64,000 nt of DNA from Gammaproteobacteria bacterium. Lineage in GTDB: Bacteria; Pseudomonadota; Gammaproteobacteria; CAJXQU01. Below are positions 1 through 8,296 of the stretch, piece after piece; position 1 is the first letter of the stretch, and each line of letters opens with the position of its first letter. The stretch is from the NCBI GenBank assembly GCA_965238175.1, contig CBDEGZ010000003.1:2912001-2976000 (forward strand), in the 5' to 3' direction. A program made the translations under genes and the position numbers. The notes beneath the pieces are model-generated. The model made no database searches. It worked only from the letters and a program-made list of their open reading frames with translations, and was not told the origin of the DNA.

Positions 1-2
1 GA

Positions 3-155
3 CATAGATTGACGAAAAACATTTTTAAACGTTTTTTGAGAGCAGCTATCAACTACATTTTTAAAGAACGATGCATTTTAGAAAAATATGCACAACAAGA
101 TTTTAAAATTGCCTTTGGTGCTAAATATTTCAATAGCCTGTTTGTTATTAGATGA
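3..155 (+). CDS. possible 3' end of a gene truncated by the window edge
   Basis: 50 open codons in frame 3 ending in TGA (HRLTKNIF...LFVIR*); no recognisable motif. Confidence 0.3.
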   Translation, partial: HRLTKNIFKRFLRAAINYIFKERCILEKYAQQDFKIAFGAKYFNSLFVIR

Positions 156-327
156 TTTTTTAGTCAAGGTTGGAAGAAAAGAATGCTAGCCAATTATATA
201 TATTGAAAACTTTTCTGAAAAAATCTGAATTATTTACTAACCTGATGTGATGGTCTCCTCCCCCTAACGGCATCTAGGTGCCATGATTGAACTGACATAC
301 ACACAATCAAAAGAGGAGAAGACCAAA

Positions 328-1341
328 ATGAAGACTACAACAATCGGGTTAGACATAGCAAAAAACGTATTTCATGCTGTCTGCTGTAATCAACAAGGGC
401 GTATAATCAAAAAGAAAATGTTAAAGCGAGCGCAGGTACTCTCCTTTTTTCAATCTCAACCTCCTTGTTTAGTCGCAATAGAATCTTGTGCAACGTCACA
501 GTATTGGGCCCGAGCGATACAACAACAGGGACATCAGGTGAAATTACTACCACCTCAGCATGTTAACGCATTTCTAATCGGCAATAAGAATGATTATAAC
601 GATGCCTTGGCCATCGCCGTTGCTGCGAAACAACCTCATTTAAAAAGTGTGGGCATTAAATCAGTTGAGCAACAAGACAACCAGGCACAACATAAAGCAA
701 GAGACTTAGCGGTCAGACAAAGAACCGCATTATGTAACCAAATGAGAGCGCTTGTTGCAGAATATGGCATTAGCCTTCGTCCCGGCCTAAATACCCTACG
801 TCAATCTATCCCGTTGCTATTAAGTGATGAGAACGAACGGTTGTCCGTTACTTTCAAAAGGATACTGCGCCAGCTAAAGGAACAATGGCAATCACTTGAT
901 GCCTGTATTGCGACATTTGACCAATTGATCATTCAATCGGCAAAAAACAATGCGATTTGCCAACGCTTACAAACTATTCCAGGGTTTGGGCCGATGGTCT
1001 CGAGCGCGTATTTTAATGAAGTGGGAAACGGCGCTCATTATCACAAAGGGCGCGATGTGTCCGCCTCATTAGGACTTGTTCCACGACAGTACAGTAGTGG
1101 TGGTAAAGAGGTGCTACTGGGGATCAGTAAACGCGGCAATAAATACCTTCGTTGTTTGTTAATTCTAGGCGCGAAGGCCGTGGTATCAAGAGCCAAAACG
1201 AAAGGCGATAAACTGAGTCAATGGATTAATCGTTTAGTTGAGACGCGGGGGCATAATCGAGCGTGTGTGGCGTATGCCAACAAAATGGCAAGAATGGCCT
1301 GGGCTATAACGGTTTCTGGTGATGACTACTCACCGGCCTAA
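328..1341 (+). CDS. IS110-family (DEDD RuvC-like) transposase/recombinase
   Basis: GLDIAK, IESC and KNDYNDA (DEDD residues); C-terminal GLVPRQYSSGG...ISKRGNKYLR; start moved to ATG 328 downstream of GAGGAG. Confidence 0.95.
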   Translation: MKTTTIGLDIAKNVFHAVCCNQQGRIIKKKMLKRAQVLSFFQSQPPCLVAIESCATSQYWARAIQQQGHQVKLLPPQHVNAFLIGNKNDYNDALAIAVAAKQPHLKSVGIKSVEQQDNQAQHKARDLAVRQRTALCNQMRALVAEYGISLRPGLNTLRQSIPLLLSDENERLSVTFKRILRQLKEQWQSLDACIATFDQLIIQSAKNNAICQRLQTIPGFGPMVSSAYFNEVGNGAHYHKGRDVSASLGLVPRQYSSGGKEVLLGISKRGNKYLRCLLILGAKAVVSRAKTKGDKLSQWINRLVETRGHNRACVAYANKMARMAWAITVSGDDYSPA

Positions 1342-1393
1342 ATAGAGAGAACAAATCATTTCAACGAATTGCGAAGGTAAAACTAAAGATGGC

Positions 1394-1548
1394 ATAACAG
1401 GTCAAACCAGCCTATTGAAAACCTGTCGAGCTCAGGGGTAACTAATACCGATAACCTGATAAGGAAAATAGGCGCGTAATACATCCAGGTCAGAAGTTGA
1501 AAACTTCATTGAAGGCCGTATATATGACAGCAATCCTGTCCCTGTTAT
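1394..1548 (+). ncRNA. putative bridge RNA / seekRNA of the IS1111-type element
   Basis: Closing stem ATAACAGG/CCTGTTAT; target loop within stem GCCTATT/AATAGGC containing TAACCTGA (equals the insertion-site flank); donor segment ATATATGA (equals the element right end); exact transcript ends unknown. Confidence 0.8.
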
Positions 1549-1562
1549 CTGAATGTTTTATC

Positions 1563-1590
1563 TTGCAATACGGGAGGAGACCATATATGA
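1563..1590 (+). promoter_or_regulatory. half of the circle-junction sigma-70 promoter
   Basis: TTGCAA (1563-1568) + 17 bp + TAT; joining to the left end through the TGA core gives TATGAT as the -10. Confidence 0.75.
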
Positions 1591-1795
1591 ACCCAGGATA
1601 AGAATATCCCATAAAAACATTAATAAAAACAATTAGTTATATGAAAAAATGGTGATTGTTTTGCCTTGTGGACTTCTTTTAGCGACTATGTAAGGCAGAG
1701 TTGCGTAGCAATAGTGGGCTATTGGAAACAACTCCAACGCACAGAGGCACTAAAAGAAATTTGCTGAAGGGGTATTTCCTATCCGAGTTCAGGTT
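1588..1795. repeat. MITE-like palindromic repeat (~212 bp when rejoined to 239-245), interrupted by the IS
   Basis: Reconstructed left end AACCTGAACCCAGGATAAGAATATCCC versus right end (reverse complement) AACCTGAACTCGGATAGGAAATACCCC; nested internal inverted repeats TTCTTTTAG/CTAAAAGAA, GAGTTG/CAACTC, CAATAG/CTATTG. Confidence 0.75.
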
Positions 1796-1802
1796 TACTA
1801 GC

Positions 1803-1833
1803 AAAAAAGCCGAAGATGAACTTCGGCTTTTTT
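1803..1833. terminator. bidirectional rho-independent terminator
   Basis: AAAAAAGCCGAAG-ATGAA-CTTCGGCTTTTTT, downstream of the PEP-CTERM gene. Confidence 0.85.
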
Positions 1834-1876
1834 GTAAACCTAAATAAAAAAGCTTATGCTAATTATGACCTTCACA

Positions 1877-2530
1877 TCACTTTTTAGCGAATTTTCTACG
1901 ACCTACCATCCCTAAGAGTCCTAAGCCCATTAATGCTAACGTGCCTGGTTCAGATACGCTCGCTGGTTCCGGTAGCGGTTGAAACGGATACGGTTCTACT
2001 ACTAGTCTGTCTACATTGGTTCTAACATTACCCTTATCAATTTGATCTATCCTTTGACCGTTGCTGTGGACATTATGCCAAATACCCAGTTTATCTCCGA
2101 AACCAACGCTATACTTTTTGTCAAAATTAGTATGATCAAGTCTCAATGAAAAACCACCTTCTCCAATATTGATAATATTATCAAAAGACGCGATTTCTGT
2201 TCCGCCATTCCAATAATCTCTAACACTAACTTTGTTATTTACTAAATCTAAGTTGTATGAAAAGTACTGCTTGGCTCTATTTGGCGAACCGCCACTAGTT
2301 AACGTGAATTGGGCTTTGTCCACTTTTCCAGCATTATTATTAAAACTAGAAAATAGACTAAGTACATTGTTGTAGGTATTCCAAGATGTGGAAAAACTTT
2401 CTATTGGACGATTTTTTAATTTGTCGGAATAACTATAATGATAAACATTAAACGCTTGTGCTGAAAATGCGATGGTTGATGCTATGGTTAAAATAATGGT
2501 AGGAACTAATTTTCTAGCTGTGAATTTCAT
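1877..2530 (-). CDS. PEP-CTERM sorting domain-containing secreted protein
   Basis: Signal peptide (MKFTARK...AFSAQA); C-terminal VSEPGTLALMGLGLLGMVGRRKFAKK; start moved to ATG 2530 behind AAGGAG. Confidence 0.88.
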   Translation of the reverse strand: MKFTARKLVPTIILTIASTIAFSAQAFNVYHYSYSDKLKNRPIESFSTSWNTYNNVLSLFSSFNNNAGKVDKAQFTLTSGGSPNRAKQYFSYNLDLVNNKVSVRDYWNGGTEIASFDNIINIGEGGFSLRLDHTNFDKKYSVGFGDKLGIWHNVHSNGQRIDQIDKGNVRTNVDRLVVEPYPFQPLPEPASVSEPGTLALMGLGLLGMVGRRKFAKK

Positions 2531-2898
2531 GCTGTATCTCCTTATAAGTAAAAATTGATAATCCTTTATCAATGAACGTGCTAGTTCAATAACCAATTAC
2601 AATGGCTTTCAGGAGTGTGTACTTGATAAAAGTAAATAGCAAGGTTATTTAGCTTATAATTAGAGCAAGAGTATTTTAAATCCCCTCTCTAATCTCGATC
2701 AGTAACTTTTCATTCCTCAATGCTATTTACATTTTCGTTTCATGCTTGCATTACTTGTTGTATTTTTCCTTAATAAATTGAGCGTTAGTCGAAGAAAGGT
2801 ACGCACGATTGCCTCGCCATATTCTAACCTCAGATCTGCATAAGGATCCGTTCTTCATTCCAAGAGATGTTGATACTGGGTTTCTTAGGTTGAAAGGT

Positions 2899-3061
2899 AT
2901 ATACCCGTGGCACCTGGAAATGCAGGTTTCAGTGGCTCTGTCGTTCTTGCTGGCAAGGCGTGCTTCGCCGGAAAGGGGGCTTGTTAATTGCTTGGCCCTT
3001 TCCAAGAAACACAACGATGCCCAGCGAGAATGATAGAGTCACCCAAAAGGCACGGGTATAT
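2899..3061. repeat. ERIC-like / MITE-like palindromic element
   Basis: 11-bp terminal inverted repeat ATATACCCGTG/CACGGGTATAT; 22-bp internal stem; 8-bp GGAAAGGG/CCCTTTCC stem. Confidence 0.75.
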
Positions 3062-3155
3062 GCGATCAACCCGCAAGCAGATGTACCATAAAACTTACAG
3101 TGGGACATTACTCAATAATACTAAGAACTTCTGGTCTAGAGCCTTACAAATTCAG

Positions 3156-4784
3156 TCAAAAGAATTTTGAACGTCTTGATAGCACATCAATAACAGTCAG
3201 GTTTTTTGCATGTGCAATTGTATGCGTTCCTAATAAACTTGACTCCCAGTGAGGTTCGATAAAATCAACCTCTTGTTCTTCATACTTAGTTTCCGTTAAT
3301 GTGATAATTTCATTTAGCCGGAAACCATATCCATAACGTACAGATGAATCTTGAGCAGGCCTGATCAATTTACCTTCATGTTCATATATTCGCCCGGCTG
3401 AACGTGCTCGCCTGACATCTGCAACAACGGGGCTTTGTGGATGCAAAGTCCAATCTTGGCTCAGTGGAGAATCCGCATAATAGATAGACAATTCAGCATC
3501 AACGCTCACGTCTTGATCGTGTCTACAACTTGTAAACATCCACCATTTTTCGTTATGGTATAAGAGCGTTGTATCGACCGCCCGAATATCTTCCATCAAA
3601 TTACTATGAAACTCCCATTGATCAGGAAAACGAGAAGCTTTGTATACTTCGATAGTTCTATTACTTCCAGTTTCCGGAACCATGTAGCACTCTCCGTCCC
3701 AGAAAAATACGTATGGATAAGATAAATGATATGGTTTGATTAAACAGGGTTTTATCTCTCCTATGTTGCCATCTTCTTCAATTCTAACCACTGAAATATC
3801 AGCGTTTTTATGATCATAAACCGCGTCTTCAAAAAACAGGAAATAACTATCGTCCTTATAGATAATAAATGGATCCGCCCACAAACCACCAAGCTCAGGC
3901 TCTAATTTCTGGAATTGATCAAAATCCATTGATAGACCATCAGCAAGTTTGTAACGCAAACTCCATTCTTCTGCGTATAACCAATTGATCGCCCGCATTT
4001 TTAACGACCTAATGAATTTCTTTACAAAGAAAATAAACATTCTTATATTGCCGGGTTTATCAGAACGAAAACCTTCAGACTCTTGAAGATGTTTTTCTGT
4101 CAAATCGCTATGTGTACTCAAAAAATCATCTGTGCCTAAACTATGCAGTTGTTTGAGTTTTCTCAAAATAGTTGTATCGCCAATTCGATAGGATTTTTTC
4201 TGAGTCGAGCGTGCCGAAGAATCCTCATTAGCCGCATATACAACTTGGTGTAACAATTTGCCAGTGGAATTAGTTAACAAACATTCCATCGTTGGTGAAG
4301 TATCATAAGTTTCCCAAAAACCAACAGGAAACGTTTTCTTATTTACTTTCCCATTTTTAAAGTGGAGTGACCAGATACCCGCTTTAATTTTTGGAAAAAG
4401 TTGATCAGGAAAATTCTTTTGAGTCAGGTTTAATAAAACATCTAAGTTCGCATCGCTAGTTGCTGCTAAACATTCTTTAGACGGGTTACTTATATTTAAC
4501 ACAGGTCCTTCAAGTGTTTCTTTAGAAAGGTCATTTTTATCGATCCATAAACGATCTTCCTCAGTATCAGGCCACCGATAACGTTCCAAATCACAATAGA
4601 CAGAATAGAGTTTATGCTTCCGCATATCAGTAGGTTCCATTACATCTGTAATAAGGGTAATTTCAACTGCAGCAAATGAACTCGCATCGATATCTTTGAT
4701 CAAACGCGATATCCACATCGACTCTTTACTCGTTTTATCTAGTATCAACCCAATCTTGAGTTTATGTTTGGATTTAGCCATCAA
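3156..4784 (-). CDS. EPS-associated protein with C-terminal five-bladed beta-propeller (GINT1/GH32-43-like)
   Basis: WADPF, HLSYPYVF, YMVPET, ARSAGRI, RPAQD...YGYG motifs. Confidence 0.7.
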   Translation of the reverse strand: MMAKSKHKLKIGLILDKTSKESMWISRLIKDIDASSFAAVEITLITDVMEPTDMRKHKLYSVYCDLERYRWPDTEEDRLWIDKNDLSKETLEGPVLNISNPSKECLAATSDANLDVLLNLTQKNFPDQLFPKIKAGIWSLHFKNGKVNKKTFPVGFWETYDTSPTMECLLTNSTGKLLHQVVYAANEDSSARSTQKKSYRIGDTTILRKLKQLHSLGTDDFLSTHSDLTEKHLQESEGFRSDKPGNIRMFIFFVKKFIRSLKMRAINWLYAEEWSLRYKLADGLSMDFDQFQKLEPELGGLWADPFIIYKDDSYFLFFEDAVYDHKNADISVVRIEEDGNIGEIKPCLIKPYHLSYPYVFFWDGECYMVPETGSNRTIEVYKASRFPDQWEFHSNLMEDIRAVDTTLLYHNEKWWMFTSCRHDQDVSVDAELSIYYADSPLSQDWTLHPQSPVVADVRRARSAGRIYEHEGKLIRPAQDSSVRYGYGFRLNEIITLTETKYEEQEVDFIEPHWESSLLGTHTIAHAKNLTVIDVLSRRSKFF

Positions 4785-4830
4785 GTAATATATAGAAAAT
4801 TCTTCTTAGCTTCATAATTAGCTAACCTGC

Positions 4831-5847
4831 TTAAATCAACGTAGCCACTTTTGCCCAAAAAAGATCAGGTAGAAAGACACCTTTGTCATTGGTACACATA
4901 TTCGGATCAATATTAATTCTCTTCAATTGATGAGGATCCTGACCTTTGTAATTAATTCCCGGTATGGTTGTACAAGAATGCTGATACGTGGCTGAAGTAA
5001 ATTCCAAAACCGTATCATTGTAATCATCAATTGTTCCATTAGGGTAAGCAAAACCTGTCACTTCATCGCTTAACTTCTCTTCAAGTATTCTCTTTGACTC
5101 GACAACTTCTTTTTCAATCGATGCTCTATTTTCTCTTGAGAGTATCGGATGCGAAAGTGTATGTGAACCAAAATCGATCAAATCCTGTTTCATTTCACCT
5201 ATCATATCCCACGTCAACATAGGACTAACATCTATTTGCTCAGGTCTGACTTCAAGACGTTTTATTATGGCTTCACACTTATCCAACCTTTCCTTGTCAG
5301 TATAATTCTTTAACCATAGAATTATTTCATCAATGGCGAATTCTTGCTCTTTTTGAGTTTCAAGACCGAAATTTTCAAAACCCATATCATCCAACTCAAT
5401 ACTTTGTTTTTGTGAATTCTGTAATGCCGACATAACTCTTTCGTACCAGAAAGAATAATCACCCACTACATGTCCATAGCTTAAATAAATAGTGGCTTGG
5501 GCGTTATAATTCTTTAGTATTGGATAAGCTTTTTCGTAATTATCTCTATATCCATCATCAAAAGTTATAACAAATTTAACATTATCATCAACGATCAAAT
5601 TCCCTTCGCTATCAAGTAGCGTTCCTAAAGAGACTATATTATATTTTTTTGAAACTTCTGAAATAATCTGCCCAAAAACAGTCGGTGAAATTGTAAGTAA
5701 TTGTGGGTCATGTCCATCATTTATTTTATGAAACACTAAAATGATCACACCACCTTTTTCCAAGTGCTTTTCAACCGCTCCCATTTTATTTAAGGCTATT
5801 GCGACAAAACGTTTGCTGTACTTTCGAAGTAGACTTTTTATGTTCAT
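4831..5847 (-). CDS. polysaccharide deacetylase (NodB/CE4)
   Basis: ITFDDGY, GSHTLSHPIL, FAYPNG motifs. Confidence 0.9.
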   Translation of the reverse strand: MNIKSLLRKYSKRFVAIALNKMGAVEKHLEKGGVIILVFHKINDGHDPQLLTISPTVFGQIISEVSKKYNIVSLGTLLDSEGNLIVDDNVKFVITFDDGYRDNYEKAYPILKNYNAQATIYLSYGHVVGDYSFWYERVMSALQNSQKQSIELDDMGFENFGLETQKEQEFAIDEIILWLKNYTDKERLDKCEAIIKRLEVRPEQIDVSPMLTWDMIGEMKQDLIDFGSHTLSHPILSRENRASIEKEVVESKRILEEKLSDEVTGFAYPNGTIDDYNDTVLEFTSATYQHSCTTIPGINYKGQDPHQLKRINIDPNMCTNDKGVFLPDLFWAKVATLI

Positions 5848-5867
5848 TTTTTTAGTTTTTAGGAAGA

Positions 5868-6983
5868 TTAATTTGTAATACAAATAGATCGATAAATTTT
5901 CCCATATTCAAAACTTTGTATATCTGCGCTGAATTCTTTTTCCACTCTGCTCCTGCAATTTACTCCAATTTCCTTAGCATACTCTCTATTTTCAACAATA
6001 GAATCCATCTGTTTCGCAAGACCATTTACATCACCTGCAGCCACCAATTTTCCATAATCACCCCTTAATAGATATCCAACTGAACCAACATCCGTCGCAA
6101 CAACAGGCAGCGCACAAGCCATTGCTTCAAGTATGCTCATCGGCATAGCTTCTGTGTGAGAAGGAGAAACATAACAATCCAGATCATTTAGAATACGCTC
6201 AACTTCAGTTTGAGAACCTGCAAATTTAATCTTTTCTTGTAAGCTTAGTGATTCAACCATCTCGGTCAATTCTTCAAGAAGCAGCCCATCTCCAACTAAT
6301 AGTAACCTTACATCTTCATGCTTCTCTGTAAGCTGTGAGAAAGCTTCAATCAAAACACGATGGCCTTTCTCTTCACTCATTCTTGCTATGGTTCCGAAAA
6401 CAAAATCAGATTGGGCAAACCCCCAGTTTTTTTTATGAAAACCTTCAGTGTCGGGGTTGAAGGTTTTATCGTCAACCCCATTGGAAATTTGAGATAACTT
6501 TTCAACCAAACCCGTTTTCGACAACTCTTTATAAAGTGGATCAGAAACGACGGTTATATAGTTCACCATACGTAAAAATAAGTTCTCTGCCAATTCATAG
6601 GTACGGTTTTTTATACTTCCTGACGTTTTGCCGTGCAATGTAACAATTTGACGACAACCCGAAATTTTTGATGCAATAATTCCATAAAAATGACTTTTGT
6701 AATCGTGAGTGTGGATTATGTCAATTTTATTTTCTTTACAGAAACTGACGAGATGAGAAATGGTTTTTTTATCTATTCTCGATTTACATGGAATTTCAAT
6801 CGCCCGTAAATCAGATGCTTGCGCACACTTTAACAATGATTGATCATGAGTAAGATAATTTTCAATACAGGCTAATGTTGTGTCCAGATTGTCTCCAGGC
6901 GCGCACTTCATTAAGGTCATAATAACGCGTTCAGCCCCATAAAATCCTGCGCTTGAGCGCAAATGCAATACTCTAACTCGCAT
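5868..6983 (-). CDS. glycosyltransferase family 4
   Basis: GAERVI, ARMSEEKG, EAMPMSILEAMA. Confidence 0.9.
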   Translation of the reverse strand: MRVRVLHLRSSAGFYGAERVIMTLMKCAPGDNLDTTLACIENYLTHDQSLLKCAQASDLRAIEIPCKSRIDKKTISHLVSFCKENKIDIIHTHDYKSHFYGIIASKISGCRQIVTLHGKTSGSIKNRTYELAENLFLRMVNYITVVSDPLYKELSKTGLVEKLSQISNGVDDKTFNPDTEGFHKKNWGFAQSDFVFGTIARMSEEKGHRVLIEAFSQLTEKHEDVRLLLVGDGLLLEELTEMVESLSLQEKIKFAGSQTEVERILNDLDCYVSPSHTEAMPMSILEAMACALPVVATDVGSVGYLLRGDYGKLVAAGDVNGLAKQMDSIVENREYAKEIGVNCRSRVEKEFSADIQSFEYGKIYRSICITN

Positions 6984-8281
6984 TAAAAACTACGCAATAT
7001 TACGCCAGAAGCAGGGCTATTTTCTCTTGTCAATATTAAAGCTCTCAAAACAATGGCTAAGTAAACATAAAAATATGCGGCAAGTGGATAATGAGTAAAT
7101 CTATCACCAAAAATGTTGCCTGCAGCTAAACTGACAACCACACCAAAAAAACCTATGCCAAGTGCCCGATATAGCGGGTCTTCTGATTCATCATATAAAT
7201 TCTTACCAGCCTTCGCTGCTCGCCAGAGAATAATGACAAAAATAATAAATCCGATAATCCCCTGTTCAGCAAGTAATTTCAAATAGTAGTTGTGTGTATC
7301 CAACCTGGCTGGATTACGTTCTATAAACGTCAAATAGCCTTGACCTATAACAGGACTTTCCCAAAACTGTTCCATGGCCAATGCCCAGAAAACAAATCTT
7401 GATTGAGCTGATTTGTCACGATCCGATTCACTCTCAAAGGTGCTTTCAAACCTCTCTTGCACCGATTCAGGCAAGAAATTTAGCATTACACCGCCAAAGA
7501 TAAGCATTGTCGGAATAAGCATAAAAACAAACTTCTTTCGCGTGTGCCACAAAATTGCAAATATCGCCAATAAAAATCCGAGATAAGCACCTCGAGAATA
7601 ACTATATACAAGACTGTACATATTTAAGAAGATCAAAAAAACAAGAATGCACCGTACTTTGGTCGTTTTGATAAAAAAGAATAATGCAATTAACATAAAT
7701 GTGTAGGCAGAATAGAATGTGGCCATTTCATTACTACCAAGCAAGGTGAATGTTCCGCTAATTCTAAGATCATGATCATAGTGATGACTGCTTACAGATC
7801 TATGTTGCGAAAAGAAAACTCGAAACATATAGAGAAGAGGAAGAATGGTCGCCCCTAAAGCAAGGACAATCCCTCTCCTGTCACGGACACAATTCAATGT
7901 AATAAAGAACAAAAACGGAGCAAGAAAAATATCTTTCACTTTTATCAGGAGCTCCGATGGAAGCTCGCCTAGTGTCACTTTATGCATGAGTAAAGCAAGC
8001 AGCAGTGAAAGCATGAAAAAAATAATCGGTTTATTGAATGGTGTTGGTGTTTTTATATTCAGTTCAGAACGCGTTTTCCAAATAATAAATGACAGTAGAA
8101 AACATATGTTGAGCAAGTTTACTCCACCACCAAAACTCGGCAATTTCACTATATATATATTTTGTAGAGGGATTAAAAAGATCAAAAATAGTAATACAAA
8201 ATTCGCCTTGATATTTCCATCATTTCCAACCTGAGAAGATGTATGAGAACGTGATTTTTTAATGATTACTGAATCTGACAT
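6983..8281 (-). CDS. O-antigen ligase / Wzy-like polymerase family membrane protein
   Basis: Multiple TM helices; YSRGAYL, THNYYLKLLAEQGIIG. Confidence 0.85.
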   Translation of the reverse strand: MSDSVIIKKSRSHTSSQVGNDGNIKANFVLLFLIFLIPLQNIYIVKLPSFGGGVNLLNICFLLSFIIWKTRSELNIKTPTPFNKPIIFFMLSLLLALLMHKVTLGELPSELLIKVKDIFLAPFLFFITLNCVRDRRGIVLALGATILPLLYMFRVFFSQHRSVSSHHYDHDLRISGTFTLLGSNEMATFYSAYTFMLIALFFFIKTTKVRCILVFLIFLNMYSLVYSYSRGAYLGFLLAIFAILWHTRKKFVFMLIPTMLIFGGVMLNFLPESVQERFESTFESESDRDKSAQSRFVFWALAMEQFWESPVIGQGYLTFIERNPARLDTHNYYLKLLAEQGIIGFIIFVIILWRAAKAGKNLYDESEDPLYRALGIGFFGVVVSLAAGNIFGDRFTHYPLAAYFYVYLAIVLRALILTRENSPASGVILRSF

Positions 8282-8296
8282 GATAAGCAGGCAGGA

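Larger units (their letters stand above)
243..1590 (+). mobile_element. IS110-family insertion sequence, IS1111 group
   Basis: Perfect 13-bp sub-terminal inverted repeats ATGGTCTCCTCCC (250-262) / GGGAGGAGACCAT (1572-1584); TGA core at both ends (243-245, 1588-1590); single transposase followed by a ~250-nt 3' non-coding region. Confidence 0.93.

Noticed and set aside
2568-2584. Sigma-54-like TAGCACGTTCATTGAT upstream of the PEP-CTERM gene
   Set aside because: Both invariant dinucleotides (GG at -24, GC at -12) are broken
2751-3170. Short ORFs 2751-3014, 2809-3033 and 2988-3170
   Set aside because: They overlap the palindromic ERIC-like repeat, have no motifs or clear SD, and are likely spurious
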